This document shows, piece after piece, positions 40,352-52,038 of a stretch of 64,000 nt of DNA; within the stretch, counting starts at the first letter, position 1, and the number at the start of each line of letters is the position of its first letter. The position numbers and the translations under genes are program-made. The notes below the pieces were generated by a model, which searched no databases, was not told the origin of the DNA, and saw only the letters and a list, made by a program, of their open reading frames with translations. Origin of the DNA: an uncultured cyanobacterium (GTDB lineage: Bacteria; Cyanobacteriota; Cyanobacteriia; Phormidesmidales; Phormidesmidaceae); the NCBI GenBank assembly GCA_963793265.1, contig CAWBZI010000005.1, forward strand, positions 160,001-224,000, given 5' to 3'.

Positions 40352-42209
40352 ATGATGATGCCTATGAAAAGTCCGTATGAACGCAAACACTGGCTCAAAC
40401 GATTGTCTAAGGGCTGGCCTTGGAAGCTAGGACTATTGCAGCTAGCGATCGCCCTCGCCCCCCAGGCCGCTTTGCCCACCCAGGCGGCTGAGCGAGTTAT
40501 CTTTTCCTTTGGCGCTGGCATTGAGCGCTCCTTCTCAGTCGATACAATTGAAGCGTTTGTATTAGAAGGACGCATTACCGACGAGCTAGCGCCCTACTCA
40601 GGCATGATTGCAGATCTTGACCCGGCAGCAATAGAGCAGGCCCGCGAGCTATTTTCGCAACGCGCCGATATCGACGTGACTACGGTTGCTCAGTTCGCCT
40701 ACACACCTCAAGGCGAATTCTTACTCAACCAAGTAGGCGACGTGTTTCGCACAGGAGCGAGGCTTTCGGGCAGCAAAGGGCTGCGTGGCGCAGCAATATT
40801 AGCCGCTGCTGACACCGAAGAAGGGCTGACCATTCTCAACGTCATTCGCCGGTTTCCCACCCCCGTCCTTAGAATTGATATTCGCGAAGGACTTGCCATT
40901 ACCCAACAGGCCACCAGCTCACTTAATCAGTCCAACCTGGCGATAGATCTCATTGAGCAGATCGCCCTGCGCACAGCAACCGATCCTTTTCCGCCCGGCT
41001 TTTCGGCAGCAGGGCTCAACGATTTAGTGACTCGAAGAGGCCCGTTTCAGGTTAGCCGGTCGTCTACACGACTCAAGGCCACGGGTAAACCTGTCGATCT
41101 CTATCTACCGTCCTCTTTTGTGCCTGAGGTAGATAATTTTCCAGGACTCAAGCATCCTGCTGTGGTGATTTCTCATGGGGTGGGCAGCGATCGCACCTCA
41201 TACACCTACCTCGCTCAGTTCCTAGCCGAACACGGTTTCGCCGTGATCAATATTGAGCATCCCGGCAGCAGCGCCGAGCAGCTAGACGCCTTTGTCGCAG
41301 GCCGCGTCAGCCAAATCCCAGACGAAGAATTTATCAACCGCCCTCAGCTCGTCACTGAGGTATTGAACGCACTAGAAATCCAGGCGCAGTCAAATAAAAA
41401 CCTGGCCAAAGTCGATTTCAACAATGTGGGGGTAATCGGCCAGTCCTTCGGCGGCTATACAGCGCTAGCCGTCGCTGGAGCCCCGCTCAATCTGAATTCA
41501 CTACGCCAGTCCTGCCCGCCCGACTTCAGCGTAGACATCTCGCTGCTTGTTGCAGTGTCAGGCGCTAGCCATCGGCGCACCGAATCAAAGCGACATCAAT
41601 TTCCGCGACCCTCGGGTCAAAGCCGTCGTTGCCATCAACCCCATTACTAGCGCCATCTTTGGGCAAGACAGCCTCGCTCGCATCGACGTTCCCGTTTTGA
41701 TGATGACAGGCAGCGCAGACACCGTGGCCCCGGCCCTACCCGAACAAATTCGTCCCTTCACCTGGCTCACCACGCCCGACCGCTACTTATTACTATTAGA
41801 GGGCGCAACCCACTTTTCCACCATTGGCCCAACGGGCACCGAAACCTTTGATCTGCCACCGAGCATCATCGGCCCCGTGCCTGAAGTGGCTCAGGAATAC
41901 ACCCAGGTCATGAGCCTGGCCTTTTTGAGCACCTATCTCAAAGCAGACGATCGCTTTCGGCCCGTTCTCACCAGCGCCTTTACCAACCGCTTTAGCCTGC
42001 CAGAAATGCCGATTAGCATCATCACCGACTTGCCGACAGCCGAGCTAGACACCAGCCTGCGCGCCGCTGCCGAATCTGGGCAAAGCCTACAGCAGGCGCT
42101 AGATGCCTTTCTCAATCGCGATGTCGCAAACGAAACCTTGATAGAACGAGAGGTGGTCAGACAAAAGTCTGATAGCACGAGCGCAGAAATAGGCTGGCTA
42201 CCCAAATGA
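40352..42209 (+). pseudogene. DUF1400 alpha/beta hydrolase split by a frameshift near 41546 (pseudogene or sequencing error)
   Basis: ISHG and GQSFGG in the first frame; LQCQA, GSADTVAP and GATHFS in the +1 frame. Confidence 0.75.
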
Positions 42210-43210
42210 TCGATGGATTTATTAACCTGCATAAGCCCGCTACCTGGACATCTCACGACTGCGTAGCCCGCACGCGCAGGCTGCTTGGAACCAAAAAGGT
42301 CGGTCACGGCGGCACGCTCGATCCGCTGGCGACAGGCGTTTTGCCCATAGCCGTAGGACGTGCAACCCGGCTGCTTCAATATTTGCCGACGCGCAAAGCC
42401 TACCGGGCGCTGATTCGATTCGGTGTCACCACGACAACCGACGACTTAGAAGGCGAGATCGTCACGCAGCAGTCTGCCGACCATCTTCAGCGGTCAGAGA
42501 TAGCGGCAGTTCTGCCGCAGTTTACGGGCGTATTGAACCAAACGCCGCCGATGTACAGCGCGATTCAGGTGGAAGGCAAGCGGCTTTACGACCTAGCGCG
42601 TAAAGGTAAAACAGTGGACGTGCCGACCCGGCAGGTGAGCATTTATCAGATCAAGCTAGGCGACTGGCGCGATAATCCTCAGTCATCGGCGCAGCCAGAA
42701 TTGAGCTTAGATGTGGCGTGCGGGCCGGGGACTTATGTTCGCTCTTTGGCGCGTGATTTGGGGGCAGCGCTAGGGACTGGGGCCACATTAGCCGGGCTAG
42801 TACGTACGCATAGCAGTGGCTTTAACCTGGCTGAGAGCATAACGTTGGAGGCGTTAGAAGCTGCGATCGCCCAGGAAACATTCGCACCCTACCCAGCCGC
42901 AAAAGCCGTTGAACACTTGCAGGCAATAGCCCTACCGGCTTCGCTCGCGCTGCGCTGGCGAATGGGCCAAAAGCTCGCCCTTACCGAAGCAGGGATTATG
43001 GGTTTGACAGACGAGCAGAAAATGACGCGATCGCTCGATGACACTCTCAATGACATCGCTGACATCTCATCTGAACCTCTACGCGTATTAGAAGCTACTA
43101 CAAATACTTTCTTAGGTATCGGCGAAATTCGCACGGTGCCTAGCATGGCTGGCCCCACGCTGCCACCCGGCAATATTCTGGTGTCTAAAATGGTGTTTTT
43201 GCCGGTCTAA
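42206..43210 (+). CDS. truB: tRNA pseudouridine(55) synthase
   Basis: KVGHGGTLDPLATGVL, PPMYSAI, GTYVRSLARD. Confidence 0.97.
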   Translation: MIDGFINLHKPATWTSHDCVARTRRLLGTKKVGHGGTLDPLATGVLPIAVGRATRLLQYLPTRKAYRALIRFGVTTTTDDLEGEIVTQQSADHLQRSEIAAVLPQFTGVLNQTPPMYSAIQVEGKRLYDLARKGKTVDVPTRQVSIYQIKLGDWRDNPQSSAQPELSLDVACGPGTYVRSLARDLGAALGTGATLAGLVRTHSSGFNLAESITLEALEAAIAQETFAPYPAAKAVEHLQAIALPASLALRWRMGQKLALTEAGIMGLTDEQKMTRSLDDTLNDIADISSEPLRVLEATTNTFLGIGEIRTVPSMAGPTLPPGNILVSKMVFLPV

Positions 43211-43300
43211 TGCCCGAAACATTTGTTTATACTCTCGGATCGGGAAGGCAATACGATATGATTAATTAATCTTTCAACTCGCCCTTCGGAAGTATAAGAA

Positions 43301-43420
43301 ATGATCACACTCAAAATCGTTGTCTATATCACCATCTCCTTTTTCGTTGGCCTCTTCATCTTCGGCTTTTTGAGTGGAGATCCTGCTCGTAACCCCGGCG
43401 GCAGCAACGACTTTGACTAA
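43301..43420 (+). CDS. psbI: Photosystem II protein I
   Basis: Read manually: [39 protein letters not shown]. Confidence 0.97.
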   Translation: MITLKIVVYITISFFVGLFIFGFLSGDPARNPGGSNDFD

Positions 43421-43536
43421 GCACGCGTTCTCATCTTAATACTGATCGACTTTTGATCGTAGCAGCCCGCATCGTCGGGCTGTTCTTTTGTGTGGGAAAT
43501 GTACGTAATTGCGAGTATTAGGAGTGTTAGCGGCGA

Positions 43537-45672
43537 ATGATTTACCTCGACTTACCGCCCGAACAGCCGGTTGTGGAAGTTGTTGAAATCGCTCAAGCCA
43601 ACGCCCAGCCCGCTGAATTTGGCTTACCGTCACTCGAAAGCGCTGATGAGGAACCAGACATCGGCCCGCTAAATGCTGAACCAGTTGAGTTAGAAGAGCC
43701 AGCACCAGAGGAATCAACAGAAGACGCTTCAGAAGCGGAAAACGCAGACACCGATATAGACCTCATTCCAGTTGAGGTCGAAACAAATTCAGAGTCGAAC
43801 GCAGATCCAGCCTCAGATCCGACGCTCACGCCCGCAGAATTTGCTTCTCAGTTGCGACTTAGCGCCGACTTTCAGGAATACGACCCGACCGCGCAAATCA
43901 TCACAGCGCGAGGGAACGTGGTGCTGCGGCTCAATGATGCCATCATCGAAACAGATGAGCTATGGCTAAATCTGGTTAATCGCTATGTACTCGCTGATGG
44001 TGAGGTGCTGCTGACTCGGGGCTCTCAAATCGTGCGAGGCAGCCGCGCCGAATATAACTTTATTCAGCAGGCAGGCGTTGTTGTAGACGCGGTTGGCACG
44101 CTCTATTTGCCCGATGTTGGCGGCGACTTAAGCTCTCCTTTGGAGGGCGCTTCTCCAGCTACTCGGCGCGCTTACGATCCGCTAGGCGATCGCGATCTGC
44201 GCGTTGACAGCGACGGCAGCGTTCAAATCGCCACAAGCCCAGGCACTCAAACAAGCGGCGGCGGCGACGATGGCAGCCTCAGACAGCTCCGATTTGAGAC
44301 AGGCGCGCTGGAATTTGATGTAGAAGGCTGGCGCGCCAATGACGTTCGCATTACCAACGATCCCTTTTCGCCACCAGAGCTAGAGGTGCGCGCTGAGAGT
44401 CTGCTGCTGCGGAACATTTCGCCTACCCAGGACGAGCTTTTGCTAAAAAGACCCCGGCTGGTTTTTGATGATGGCTTTGCCCTGCCGCTGCTGCGTCGAA
44501 GAATTTTGCTGAGCCGGGGGTCAGTGGATTCAGATGATTTAAGCGTACTGCCGGTTGGCGTTGGCGTCGATGGCACCGATCGCGGTGGGTTCTTTGTAGG
44601 CCGTAAGATTCCTGTCTACGAAAGGGGCGAAACCGAAATCACCGTCACGCCCGAATTCTTCGCGGCGCGCGCGTTCAGTGATGAGTCCGACTCTCCTATA
44701 GATTTAGACAACTTCGGAGTGGCCGCGAGCTTAGATACCCAGCTTTCGCCTCAAACATCCCTAGAAGGCGACTTTGAGCTAAACAGCCTTGAGCTATCTG
44801 ACATTACCGAAAAGCTCCGAACCAGTATTCGAGCCCGCAGGCCCATCGGCAACCATCGGCTAGAGGTACAGTACAGCTATCGTGAGCGTCTATTTAATGG
44901 CACCCTTGGCTTTCAAGACGTGCAGTCTAGCTTTGGGGCAGTGGTGCTCTCGCCTGAATTTCGCCTCGGTGAGAATGGCCCTCGGCTTACCTATCAGGGC
45001 AGCGCGCAGTTGATTAATGCAGAGAGCGATCGCGACGAGCTAATTAACGATTCAGGCCGTGCCACTTTGGGCCGATTTCAAGCAAGCGTAGAGCTAGAGC
45101 AAACCTTTAACCTATGGCGCGGCAAACCCAGACCGGCCACGCAATCTGAGGGCCTACGCTTTACGCCTGAACCAGTGGTGCCATTTCTAGATTTGCTTGC
45201 CGGGATTAGAACCACCGGCACCTACTACACCAGCAGCGACATTCAAGGCAACCTGGTAGCAGAAATTGGTATAGAAGGACAGATCGGTCATCTGGCGCGA
45301 AACTTTGCAGACTACACCCGCTATAAAGTAGCCTACTCACAGTCATTTATTGGCGGGGCAACCTCGCCCTTTTTATTCGATCGCGAAGTAGATAGAAATA
45401 TTTTGACCCTCGGCCTTAATCAACAGGTATACGGCCCCTTTATTGCCGGGTTTGAAACAGCGTTCAGCCTCAGCGAGGGCCGTGCTATCAGCAACATCTA
45501 CACGCTCGAATACACCCGTCGCACGTATGGATTACTGCTGCGATTCGACACCATTCAAGACACGGGCTCAATCGGCTTCCGGCTCAGTAACTTTGGCTGG
45601 GTAGGCGATACCGATCCGTTCGATACGCCCAGAGTGCGTCGGGTACGCGGCGGCGTGATTGAGAGGCCGTGA
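43537..45672 (+). CDS. DUF3769 LptD/OstA-like outer-membrane assembly protein
   Basis: OstA-like ARGNVVLR, TNDPFSPPEL, YRERLFNGTLGFQ, SPFLFDR; follows psbI. Confidence 0.85.
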   Translation: MIYLDLPPEQPVVEVVEIAQANAQPAEFGLPSLESADEEPDIGPLNAEPVELEEPAPEESTEDASEAENADTDIDLIPVEVETNSESNADPASDPTLTPAEFASQLRLSADFQEYDPTAQIITARGNVVLRLNDAIIETDELWLNLVNRYVLADGEVLLTRGSQIVRGSRAEYNFIQQAGVVVDAVGTLYLPDVGGDLSSPLEGASPATRRAYDPLGDRDLRVDSDGSVQIATSPGTQTSGGGDDGSLRQLRFETGALEFDVEGWRANDVRITNDPFSPPELEVRAESLLLRNISPTQDELLLKRPRLVFDDGFALPLLRRRILLSRGSVDSDDLSVLPVGVGVDGTDRGGFFVGRKIPVYERGETEITVTPEFFAARAFSDESDSPIDLDNFGVAASLDTQLSPQTSLEGDFELNSLELSDITEKLRTSIRARRPIGNHRLEVQYSYRERLFNGTLGFQDVQSSFGAVVLSPEFRLGENGPRLTYQGSAQLINAESDRDELINDSGRATLGRFQASVELEQTFNLWRGKPRPATQSEGLRFTPEPVVPFLDLLAGIRTTGTYYTSSDIQGNLVAEIGIEGQIGHLARNFADYTRYKVAYSQSFIGGATSPFLFDREVDRNILTLGLNQQVYGPFIAGFETAFSLSEGRAISNIYTLEYTRRTYGLLLRFDTIQDTGSIGFRLSNFGWVGDTDPFDTPRVRRVRGGVIERP

Positions 45673-45815
45673 GGGCAGCGCTAAGGGCCTTTCCCAAAAA
45701 TAAACAAATTAAGTTAATCTGAAATTACGCTTAAAAAGTGCGGTTTCCGTGCAATTACGGATGAAAGACTCTTTATCTAGGTGATAAGCGTACATACTGT
45801 TGGGCAGAAAATATT

Positions 45816-46811
45816 ATGACTTCGGCCACATTTTCTACATCATCAGAGGCTCAGCAGGCCGCTGCTTTGCTAGAAGGCTATCGATTTGAACTTGGTCAGC
45901 ACGACGCCCGGCAGTGGGTATCGCTTTGGCTAGAGTCCTATCGACCTGTCTGGATTCGCGATGCCGTTATAGAAGCGCTCTACCAGGGCCGCTACAAATC
46001 GGTGTCGGTCAGGCAAATTTTAGAGCTGTGGCAGCGCAGAGAACAGCCTATTCGCCATGCTACTCACGATTTTGAGGCGGCGGTTTGCCGTGAGTTCGGT
46101 GAGGTCAAACTAGCCCCTGCCCAGGTTTCAACGGCCAAAGATGTTGCTCAGATCCCAGCAATGCATCCTCATGCGGCTCAACAGCGGTCGTCGGCTCAGC
46201 AGCGCGCTTTGACTCAGCAGCGGTCATCAGCTCAGCAGCGATCTAATCAGTGGCGATCGCAGCAAAAAATCGCTGCTTTTAGCCACTCAGCACCCGTACA
46301 TGCCGCTGCTGGCGAAAGTTCTGGTATTGGCTCTGGCATAGACACGCTAAAAGAAAGCTCAAAAGTCGTACCGCTTCACCGCAGCACTAGCCGCTACAGC
46401 ACCGGTCAGAAGGCCATTCAAAAGGCCAGTCAGAAGGCCAGAGCTGCCGTTTCGTTCAATCTCTCTACGCTCCCGCCAGTTGCTCCCGGCATGAACAGTC
46501 CTCAGGCTTCAGCAGATGCTGAGGCCAATAACGAGCCCGAGAGCGATCGCGCCCAAAGCAATTCGGTAGACGATGCCGCTAAGCGCAAAATAATGGACAA
46601 CAAAGCCTGGCGCGATTTCCCTTCCTACACGACGCCCGCCTACGCTACCTCAGACCCCGATGAAGTGCTGCGGGCTCAGCGTCAGTTTAACGGGGTGCTG
46701 TATTCATCTGCGCGCGCCATTCAGCCGTTCAAGCCTGCGCTACCGTTCTCAGCTCAAACGCTGCGGCTAGCGAAACAAAAGGCGATCGCACTAATGGCCG
46801 AAGCCCAATAG
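45816..46811 (+). CDS. Hypothetical protein, conserved N-terminal domain plus low-complexity tail
   Basis: W...AVIEALYQGRYKSVSVRQIL..W.RR; 18-bp AQQRSS repeats at 46176-46247. Confidence 0.75.
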   Translation: MTSATFSTSSEAQQAAALLEGYRFELGQHDARQWVSLWLESYRPVWIRDAVIEALYQGRYKSVSVRQILELWQRREQPIRHATHDFEAAVCREFGEVKLAPAQVSTAKDVAQIPAMHPHAAQQRSSAQQRALTQQRSSAQQRSNQWRSQQKIAAFSHSAPVHAAAGESSGIGSGIDTLKESSKVVPLHRSTSRYSTGQKAIQKASQKARAAVSFNLSTLPPVAPGMNSPQASADAEANNEPESDRAQSNSVDDAAKRKIMDNKAWRDFPSYTTPAYATSDPDEVLRAQRQFNGVLYSSARAIQPFKPALPFSAQTLRLAKQKAIALMAEAQ

Positions 46812-46849
46812 AGTGGCCGAAGCCCAATAGAGTGGCCGAAGCCCAATAG
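46795..46849. repeat. 19-bp tandem repeat, ~2.9 copies, spanning a stop codon
   Basis: TGGCCGAAGCCCAATAGAG at 46795, 46814 and 46833 (partial). Confidence 0.9.
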
Positions 46850-46879
46850 TCTGAGCCCAGTGGTTCGGACGCAAGGAGC

Positions 46880-47410
46880 CTAAGCATCTTTAGGTGGCTT
46901 CACACCCATCCGAATCTCAGAGCAAAAAGAGGCAATCCTCAGCCCACTATTTGGCCCGCTTTTCAGCTCTGTCATGCCCGTCCGCATCCGCAAGTTTTCG
47001 TTAATAAACCACATGCGCTCTTCAGAATGCGCCTCCTGCCCATCATTAATGATGGTAAGCACCTCTTCTTCTAGCGTGTATTTCAGCTTACTTTGAGCGC
47101 CGCTTCTCAAGAGCGTACCGCTGTAGATACCGTCTTTTTCTTGAGGCGTCATAGGCACCAGCAGCATCGTTGCAATCTTTGGCTTCGTATCGCCATCAAT
47201 CGTGCTGCTCTGCTGAATTTGCAGGCCGCACAGAGGCGTAGATTCTCCCTGCGTTTGGCAGAGCTGCTTCACCTCATCGGCGTCTGCGGTTAAGAACGCC
47301 ACCTCCAAATCGGATTTGCCAGCCTTAGACTGCTGGGTAGAAAGCGCGTGAGTCGTGCGCTGCGAAAACCACCGACCGGCTAGTTTTTCAAAAAAGTTCA
47401 CAATTTCCAT
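46880..47410 (-). CDS. Phycobiliprotein lyase, CpcS/CpeS (CpcU-like) family
   Basis: FF...AGRWFSQRTTH, SEERMWFINENLRMR, ASFCSEIR. Confidence 0.88.
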   Translation of the reverse strand: MEIVNFFEKLAGRWFSQRTTHALSTQQSKAGKSDLEVAFLTADADEVKQLCQTQGESTPLCGLQIQQSSTIDGDTKPKIATMLLVPMTPQEKDGIYSGTLLRSGAQSKLKYTLEEEVLTIINDGQEAHSEERMWFINENLRMRTGMTELKSGPNSGLRIASFCSEIRMGVKPPKDA

Positions 47411-47628
47411 AAAATCTCGATCGGCTGTTGCTAGGTAAGTCCACAGTTCTTTAGGTGCTTCAATTTTACGCGTAAGTGCGCAATGAGGCGACCTGAGAAA
47501 GTCATTGCAAAGAACGGCTGAATAACCGCGTTCTAGTGCCTTTGAGCGCTGCGAGTTACAGCGAATGATAAGCTAGCTAATGGCTTTAACAAGGGCCGAC
47601 CTGACACGAAAATTAAGAGCTTCCTCTC

Positions 47629-48702
47629 ATGACCGGATCGAACCAAACGCCCCAAATACCTTTGCTGTTGCGGGCTGCGCAAGGCCAATCTGTAGAGCGC
47701 CCGCCGGTTTGGATGATGCGACAGGCAGGCCGCTACATGAAAGCCTACCGAGACTTAAGAGAGAAGTATCCTTCGTTTCGCGACCGATCCGAGATTCCCG
47801 AAGTTGCTATCGAAGTTTCCTTGCAGCCCTGGCGAGCGTTCAAGCCCGATGGCGTGATTCTTTTCTCCGATATTGTCACGCCGCTGCCCGGCATGGGCGT
47901 AGCGATGGATGTCGCTGAAGGCAAAGGCCCTATTATCGATTCGCCGATTCGCAGCCAGGCCCAAATCGACGCGCTCACCACGCTAGAGCCCGATGAGTCA
48001 ATGCCCTACATCCGCAAAATCTTAGGCGCGCTGCGTGAAGAAGTCGGTAACGAGTCCACTGTTTTAGGCTTTGTCGGCGCGCCCTGGACGCTAGCAGCCT
48101 ATATCGTCGAAGGCAAAGGCTCTAAAACCTATTCCGTCATTAAACACATGGCATTTTCGCAGCCCGAAATGCTGCATTCTCTGCTGAGCAAAATTGCCGA
48201 CAACATCGCCATCTACGTCAAGCACCAGATTGACTGCGGCGCTCAGGTCGTACAGCTATTTGACTCTTGGGCCGGTCAGCTCAGCCCTCAAGACTACCGA
48301 ACCTTTGCGCTCCCCTATCAGCAGCAGATTGTTCGTCAGGTCAAAGCAACCCATCCTGATACACCTTTGATTTTGCTCGTCAGCGGTAGCGCGGGCGTTT
48401 TAGAAATTATGGGCGAGTCGGGCGTGGATATTATTAGCGTGGACTGGTCTGTCGATATGGCCGATGCGCGTCGTCGGCTGGGCGCTGACATGATGGTGCA
48501 AGGCAATATGGATCCTGGGGTGCTGTTTGGATCAAAGGCGGTAATTCGCGATCGCATCATCGACACCGTGAAAAAAGCCGGTTCCAAGGGCCACATTCTC
48601 AACCTCGGCCACGGCATTTTGCCCGGTACCCCCGAAGAAAACGGCGCTTACTTCTTTGAAGTCGGCAAGCAGGTAAACGAGCTAATCGGCGCTACCGTAT
48701 AA
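47629..48702 (+). CDS. hemE: Uroporphyrinogen decarboxylase
   Basis: [28 protein letters not shown]. Confidence 0.98.
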   Translation: MTGSNQTPQIPLLLRAAQGQSVERPPVWMMRQAGRYMKAYRDLREKYPSFRDRSEIPEVAIEVSLQPWRAFKPDGVILFSDIVTPLPGMGVAMDVAEGKGPIIDSPIRSQAQIDALTTLEPDESMPYIRKILGALREEVGNESTVLGFVGAPWTLAAYIVEGKGSKTYSVIKHMAFSQPEMLHSLLSKIADNIAIYVKHQIDCGAQVVQLFDSWAGQLSPQDYRTFALPYQQQIVRQVKATHPDTPLILLVSGSAGVLEIMGESGVDIISVDWSVDMADARRRLGADMMVQGNMDPGVLFGSKAVIRDRIIDTVKKAGSKGHILNLGHGILPGTPEENGAYFFEVGKQVNELIGATV

Positions 48703-48721
48703 CCGTACAAGCGGAGTAACT

Positions 48722-49672
48722 ATGCGTATCTTCATCACAGGCGCAAGCGGCTGTATTGGACACTATCTCGTCGAGACGCTGATTGAGAATACCGAGCACG
48801 AGCTGTTTTTGATGATGCGCAATCCAGCTAAGCTCAAGGTGCCAACCGATCAGCGTCCGGGCATTACGGTGCTAAAAGGTGACATGCGCGAAGTGGCCCA
48901 GTTTGCTGAGCTGCTGAAAACAATGGATACGGCAATTCTGGTGGCGACTTCTTGGGGCGACCCGAAAGAAAGCTATGAGATCAACGTTGAGAAGACGCTA
49001 GAGCTGATGGCTTTGCTCGATCCTGAGCGCTGCGAGCAGGTGATCTATTTTTCTACGGCAAGCATTTTAGATAGAGACAATACGCCGCTCAAGGAAGCCG
49101 GTGAGATTGGCACGGACTATGTGCGGACAAAGTATATTTGCCATGAGAAATTAAGCGAGCTGGCGATCGCGCCTAAAGTAACCACCGTTTTCCCAACCCT
49201 GGTATTCGGCGGCAGCGACACCAAACCCTACTCACACATCTCTGGGGGTCTGCCCGAAGTCGCCAAATACATCGACATCATCCGCTTCATCTCAGCCGAC
49301 GGGAGCCTCCACTACATCCACGCCAAAGACATCGCTGAAGTCGTGCGCCACCTCGTCGATCATCCCCCTGGCCCTAACGACTCACGCGAAATCGTGATCG
49401 GCAACCCCGCAAAGAGTGCCGATGAAGTCGTCACCGAAATCAGTCAGTACTTAGGCAAACGGCAGTACTTTCGCATTCCTTTGTCAGTCGGCTTAGCCAA
49501 AGTCATCATCAAAGTGTTCAATATTCGCATGGCCGACTGGGACAGGTTTTGTATGGACTACCGCCATTTCACCTACAACAATGCGGTGACCCCTTCCAGC
49601 TTTGGCCTGCCGGACAGCTACCCAACCGTGCCTGATGTGTTTCGCTCAGCGGGGGTTGCGCCTCATGAATAA
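48722..49672 (+). CDS. NAD-dependent epimerase/dehydratase family protein
   Basis: ITGASGCIG, Y..TK motif. Confidence 0.88.
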   Translation: MRIFITGASGCIGHYLVETLIENTEHELFLMMRNPAKLKVPTDQRPGITVLKGDMREVAQFAELLKTMDTAILVATSWGDPKESYEINVEKTLELMALLDPERCEQVIYFSTASILDRDNTPLKEAGEIGTDYVRTKYICHEKLSELAIAPKVTTVFPTLVFGGSDTKPYSHISGGLPEVAKYIDIIRFISADGSLHYIHAKDIAEVVRHLVDHPPGPNDSREIVIGNPAKSADEVVTEISQYLGKRQYFRIPLSVGLAKVIIKVFNIRMADWDRFCMDYRHFTYNNAVTPSSFGLPDSYPTVPDVFRSAGVAPHE

Positions 49673-49769
49673 TTCATCAATTAGAGCGCTGGGTTAACAA
49701 TTAATAACTTGACAATATAGTACATGTGTCTGATAGGCTTCATGCCATAAGCTTTCTAGCGCACTTGCT

Positions 49770-50990
49770 ATGGCGATTATCTCTTCTAAACAATCTGCCT
49801 CTGAAGATAGCGCTTCCAATGGTGGTGCTAAAAGGCGAAAGAACGCGGTGCCTGGAAAGGCAAAGGGAAGGTCTAAAAAAGCGGCTGAGGGGACGAGTGC
49901 GCCTGCTGCTAAAAAACCTGATAAGGCACCGCCCGAGGGCGATCTGCTACAGGGTGAAGCAAAGCCTGCTGAGCTATCGCGTAATGAAGAAGGGCTTAGA
50001 CCTGAGGCGATTAACGACTACATCGGCCAAAAGGCGCTTAAAGAAGTGCTGATGATTGCCATTCAGGCGGCAAAATCTCGCCAGGAGCCGCTAGACCACC
50101 TGCTGCTATACGGCCCGCCTGGGCTCGGCAAAACCACGATGGCGCTAATTTTGGCGCAGGAAATGGAGGTGGACTGCAAAATTACCACAGCTCCAGCCTT
50201 AGAGCGGCCTAGAGACATTGCCGGACTGCTGGTGAATATGAAAGCAGGCGACGTGCTTTTTATCGATGAGATTCACCGGCTCTCGCGGGTGACCGAAGAA
50301 ATTTTGTATCCGGCGATGGAAGATGCCCGGCTAGATATTACTATCGGTAAGGGGCAGAGCGCGCGGACGCGAAGTATTCCACTGCAGCCGTTTACGCTGG
50401 TGGGGGCAACCACCAAGGTAGGGGCTTTGGCCTCGCCTTTGCGCGATCGCTTTGGCCTTGTGCAGCGCCTCCGCTTCTATGAAATAGACGAACTCACCTT
50501 GATTGTTTTGCGCACTGCCGAAGTTTTGAAAACAACTGTCTTAGCCGATGGAGCCGCTGAAATTGCGCGCCGGGCTCGGGGCACACCGCGGATTGCGAAC
50601 CGTCTGCTCAAAAGGGTGCGAGACTTTGTACAGGTAAAGAAGCTAGGGCCGATCGATCAGGCGATCGCAGCTGAAGCCCTAGAGCTATTTAACGTCGATC
50701 CCTGTGGCCTCGACTGGACAGACCGGAGACTGCTGACGCTGATGATAGAGAACTTCAACGGCGGGCCTGTGGGCCTAGATACCATGGCAGCTTCTACCGG
50801 CGAAGATCCGCAAACGATTGAAGAAGTGTATGAGCCCTACCTGCTTCAGATTGGCTACTTGCAGCGTACGCCTAGAGGGCGCGTGGTCACCCCTGCGGCC
50901 TGCCGTCATTTAGGCTACGAGCCGATTTCTAGCCGATTCATCATGCCCGATGCACCTTTGTTTAACCTAATGGGGCCTTCGCAGGCGTAG
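49770..50990 (+). CDS. ruvB: Holliday junction branch migration helicase
   Basis: [35 protein letters not shown]. Confidence 0.98.
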   Translation: MAIISSKQSASEDSASNGGAKRRKNAVPGKAKGRSKKAAEGTSAPAAKKPDKAPPEGDLLQGEAKPAELSRNEEGLRPEAINDYIGQKALKEVLMIAIQAAKSRQEPLDHLLLYGPPGLGKTTMALILAQEMEVDCKITTAPALERPRDIAGLLVNMKAGDVLFIDEIHRLSRVTEEILYPAMEDARLDITIGKGQSARTRSIPLQPFTLVGATTKVGALASPLRDRFGLVQRLRFYEIDELTLIVLRTAEVLKTTVLADGAAEIARRARGTPRIANRLLKRVRDFVQVKKLGPIDQAIAAEALELFNVDPCGLDWTDRRLLTLMIENFNGGPVGLDTMAASTGEDPQTIEEVYEPYLLQIGYLQRTPRGRVVTPAACRHLGYEPISSRFIMPDAPLFNLMGPSQA

Positions 50991-50993
50991 CTA

Positions 50994-51845
50994 ATGCGTT
51001 TTTCTTTATTGCGATCGATAGTGCAGCCTGTAGTCGTGCGACCTGCGATCACAATCGTTTTAGCCCTTTCACTTTGGCTAGGCAGCGCTTTGCCAACAGG
51101 AGCAGTTACCGCAGCGGCCCTACCTCAGTTCAGTCAGCAAGAGATTGAAACGATTAGCAACCAGCGCCAGGCTGCTTTTGAAGCCACCCAAGCAGGCCAG
51201 TTTGATCTAGCCGAAACGCAGTGGACTAAGCTCATTGACGCGCTACCGCAAGAGGCGGCGGTGTGGAGCAACCGGGGCAATGTCCGCGTCCGTCAAAACA
51301 ACTTAGAGGGAGCCTTGGCGGACTACTCTGAGGCGATCGCGCTAGCCCCAAAAGAGCCCGATCCCTACCTCAACCGAGGCGCTGTATGGGAAGCAACCGG
51401 GCAGTGGGAGAAGGCGATCGCTGACTACAATCAGGTTTTGCAGATTGACCCCGACGACCCGGCAGCCTATAACAATCGGGGCAACGCTGAAGCCGGAGAA
51501 GGTGAGTGGGAACTCGCGATCGCTGACTATCAGGCCGCTATCACCTTGCAGCCAAGCTTTTCTTTGGCATACGGAAACTACGCGCTGGCTCTGTACCAGA
51601 CCGGCGATACCGATAAATCGATACAGATAATGAAGAGTTTAGTCCGTAAATACCCAAGCTTTGCCGATATGCGAGCAGCCCTCACAGCCGCGCTATGGGA
51701 ACAGGGGCAGCAGGGCGAGGCTGAAAGTAACTGGGTTGCAGTGGTGGGTCTAGACGGTCGCTACAAAGATTTGAACTGGGTAGAAAACGTCAGACGATGG
51801 CCCCCAAAGATGGTCGGGGCACTAGAGAAATTTCTGAACTTGTAG
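50994..51845 (+). CDS. Exported TPR protein
   Basis: Signal peptide; repeated A..NRG...A.ADY..A. Confidence 0.92.
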   Translation: MRFSLLRSIVQPVVVRPAITIVLALSLWLGSALPTGAVTAAALPQFSQQEIETISNQRQAAFEATQAGQFDLAETQWTKLIDALPQEAAVWSNRGNVRVRQNNLEGALADYSEAIALAPKEPDPYLNRGAVWEATGQWEKAIADYNQVLQIDPDDPAAYNNRGNAEAGEGEWELAIADYQAAITLQPSFSLAYGNYALALYQTGDTDKSIQIMKSLVRKYPSFADMRAALTAALWEQGQQGEAESNWVAVVGLDGRYKDLNWVENVRRWPPKMVGALEKFLNL

Positions 51846-52017
51846 AGGCCTCTTACAAATCACAGTATCTCTGACTTGCGGTGGATACGGAGGGGTTTCT
51901 GACTACAGTAAGTTCTTTAGAATACTATCGCTCGTGTAGAAACTTCAGACAAAAACCATCAAATGTGATGGCGACTATACCATAAGTTTAAGAGCTGAGT
52001 GATAAATTATACCTTCA

Positions 52018-52038
52018 TGATATGGTGACACCATATCA
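52018..52038. promoter_or_regulatory. Perfect 21-bp dyad, putative operator
   Basis: TGATATGGTG-A-CACCATATCA; GTA-N8-TAC (NtcA-like) nearby at 52057-52070. Confidence 0.4.

Noticed and set aside
45715..45800. Recurrent CGTA/TACG-like half-sites in long intergenic regions (also 5690-5880 and 51880-52190)
   Set aside because: Too short and degenerate to separate from chance without motif statistics.
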